The notes under the pieces: generated by a model
Seen by the model: only the letters and a program-made list of their open reading frames with translations
Databases searched by the model: none
Told to the model about the DNA's origin: nothing
NCBI GenBank assembly: GCA_963666735.1
Contig: OY762926.1
Span: 128,001 to 192,000, forward strand
Reading direction: 5' to 3'
DNA: 64,000 bases
From: Gemmatimonadota bacterium
GTDB lineage: Bacteria > Gemmatimonadota > Gemmatimonadetes > Palauibacterales > Palauibacteraceae
Shown: piece after piece, positions 62,888 to 64,000 of the stretch
Position numbering within the stretch: position 1 is the stretch's first letter
Layout: each line of letters opens with the position of its first letter
Translations under genes and position numbers: made by a program

Positions 62888-64000
62888 ATGACCGCACCCA
62901 ACCTGAACTGGATCGCCAACTACATCTGGGGCATCGCGGACGACGTGCTCCGCGATGTCTACGTGCGCGGCAAGTACCGGGATGTGATCCTGCCGATGAC
63001 CGTGCTCAGACGGCTGGACGCCGTGCTGGAGCCCACCAAGCAGGCCGTCCTCGACATGAAGTCCACGCTGGACGCCGCCGGAGTCACGAACCAGGACGCC
63101 GCGCTCCGGCAGGCTGCCGGGCAGGCCTTCCACAACACCTCGACGTTCACACTTCGCGATCTCCGGGCGAGAGCCAGCAGACAGCAACTCAGGGCCGACT
63201 TCGAGGACTACCTCGACGGGTTCTCGCCCAACGTGCAGGACATCCTCGTCAACTTCGAGTTCCGCAACCAGATCCCGCGCCTGGACAGGGCCGACGCCCT
63301 GGGTTCGCTGATCGAGAAGCTGACCTCGCCCGACATCAACCTGGGTCCCGATCCGGTGGTGGACACGGACGGCGCGATCCGGCACCCCGGCCTCGACAAC
63401 CACGGCATGGGCACGGTCTTCGAGGAACTGATCCGGCGCTTCAACGAAGAGAACAACGAGGAGGCGGGCGAGCACTTCACGCCGCGCGACGCCGTGACGC
63501 TCATGGCGAAGCTCGTGTTCCAGCCCATCGCCGACCGGATCGAGTCCGGCACCTACCTGCTCTACGACGGCGCCTGCGGGACCGGCGGCATGCTGACCGT
63601 GGCGGAGGAGGTGCTGCACGGGTTCGCGGAGGAGCGCGGCAAGCAGGTGTCCACGCACCTGTACGGGCAGGAGATCAACGCCGAGACCTACGCGATCTGC
63701 AAGGCCGACCTGCTGCTCAAGGGCGAGGGCGAGGCCGCCGACAACATCGTGGGCGGCCCGGAGCACTCGACGCTCTCGAACGATGCGTTTCCGACGCGCG
63801 AGTTCGACTTCATGCTCTCGAACCCCCCGTACGGCAAGAGTTGGAAGACCGACCTCCAGCGGATGGGCGGCAAGAAGGGGATGACCGATCACCGCTTCCT
63901 GATCGAGCACGCGGGCGACCCCGAGTACTCGCTGGTCACCCGTTCGAGCGACGGCCAGATGCTCTTTCTGGCCAGCAAGCTGTCGAAGATGAAGCGGGAC
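62888..64000 (+). CDS. hsdM: Type I restriction-modification methyltransferase subunit M (partial)
   Basis: WGIADDVLRD...YRDVILPM, EAGEHFTPRD, YDGACGTGGML, YGQEIN, SNPPYG; no stop before window end. Confidence 0.93.
   Translation, partial: MTAPNLNWIANYIWGIADDVLRDVYVRGKYRDVILPMTVLRRLDAVLEPTKQAVLDMKSTLDAAGVTNQDAALRQAAGQAFHNTSTFTLRDLRARASRQQLRADFEDYLDGFSPNVQDILVNFEFRNQIPRLDRADALGSLIEKLTSPDINLGPDPVVDTDGAIRHPGLDNHGMGTVFEELIRRFNEENNEEAGEHFTPRDAVTLMAKLVFQPIADRIESGTYLLYDGACGTGGMLTVAEEVLHGFAEERGKQVSTHLYGQEINAETYAICKADLLLKGEGEAADNIVGGPEHSTLSNDAFPTREFDFMLSNPPYGKSWKTDLQRMGGKKGMTDHRFLIEHAGDPEYSLVTRSSDGQMLFLASKLSKMKRD

Larger units (their letters stand above)
60462..64000. mobile_element. Second integrative element related to the one at ~18 kb (continues beyond window)
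   Basis: End sequence GACATGAGC...TCACATATCGTTGTGAGCGTTCAGCTTACGGG is homologous to 17999-18050; paralogous integrase. Confidence 0.75.

Overview
High-GC bacterial chromosome segment; the gene content suggests a Gemmatimonadota-like organism, but that is inference only. Bases 1-17.9 kb are mostly housekeeping and metabolic genes: RecQ, an ECF sigma/anti-sigma/TonB-receptor trio, acyl-CoA dehydrogenase, RNase E/G, rplU-rpmA, enoyl-CoA hydratase, a MazEF-type pair, two Tat amidohydrolases, a cupin and a class V aminotransferase. A genomic island of about 36 kb (~18.0-53.8 kb) appears to split a VPS10/BNR-repeat gene, whose N-terminal part is at 56660-53846 and whose C-terminal 49 codons are at 17998-17852. 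The island starts with a tyrosine integrase, MobC and a frameshifted relaxase. It carries a complete type I-G (I-U) CRISPR-Cas system with 50 full repeats. A degenerate repeat-spacer-repeat mini-array lies just upstream of the cas operon and is a candidate regulatory crRNA-like RNA; a second, solitary I-G-like repeat lies at 43275-43311. The island also holds an IS3-interrupted bacteriocin-like gene with a coupled 38-aa membrane peptide, a Rep/relaxase-like gene flanked by iteron-like repeats and a large branched hairpin, many IS elements and remnants, and a cluster of small duplicated ORFs. After putP and a TPR-TlpA lipoprotein gene, a second related integrative element begins at ~60.46 kb, with a nonsense-mutated integrase, a lipoprotein and a type I R-M hsdM that runs off the window.
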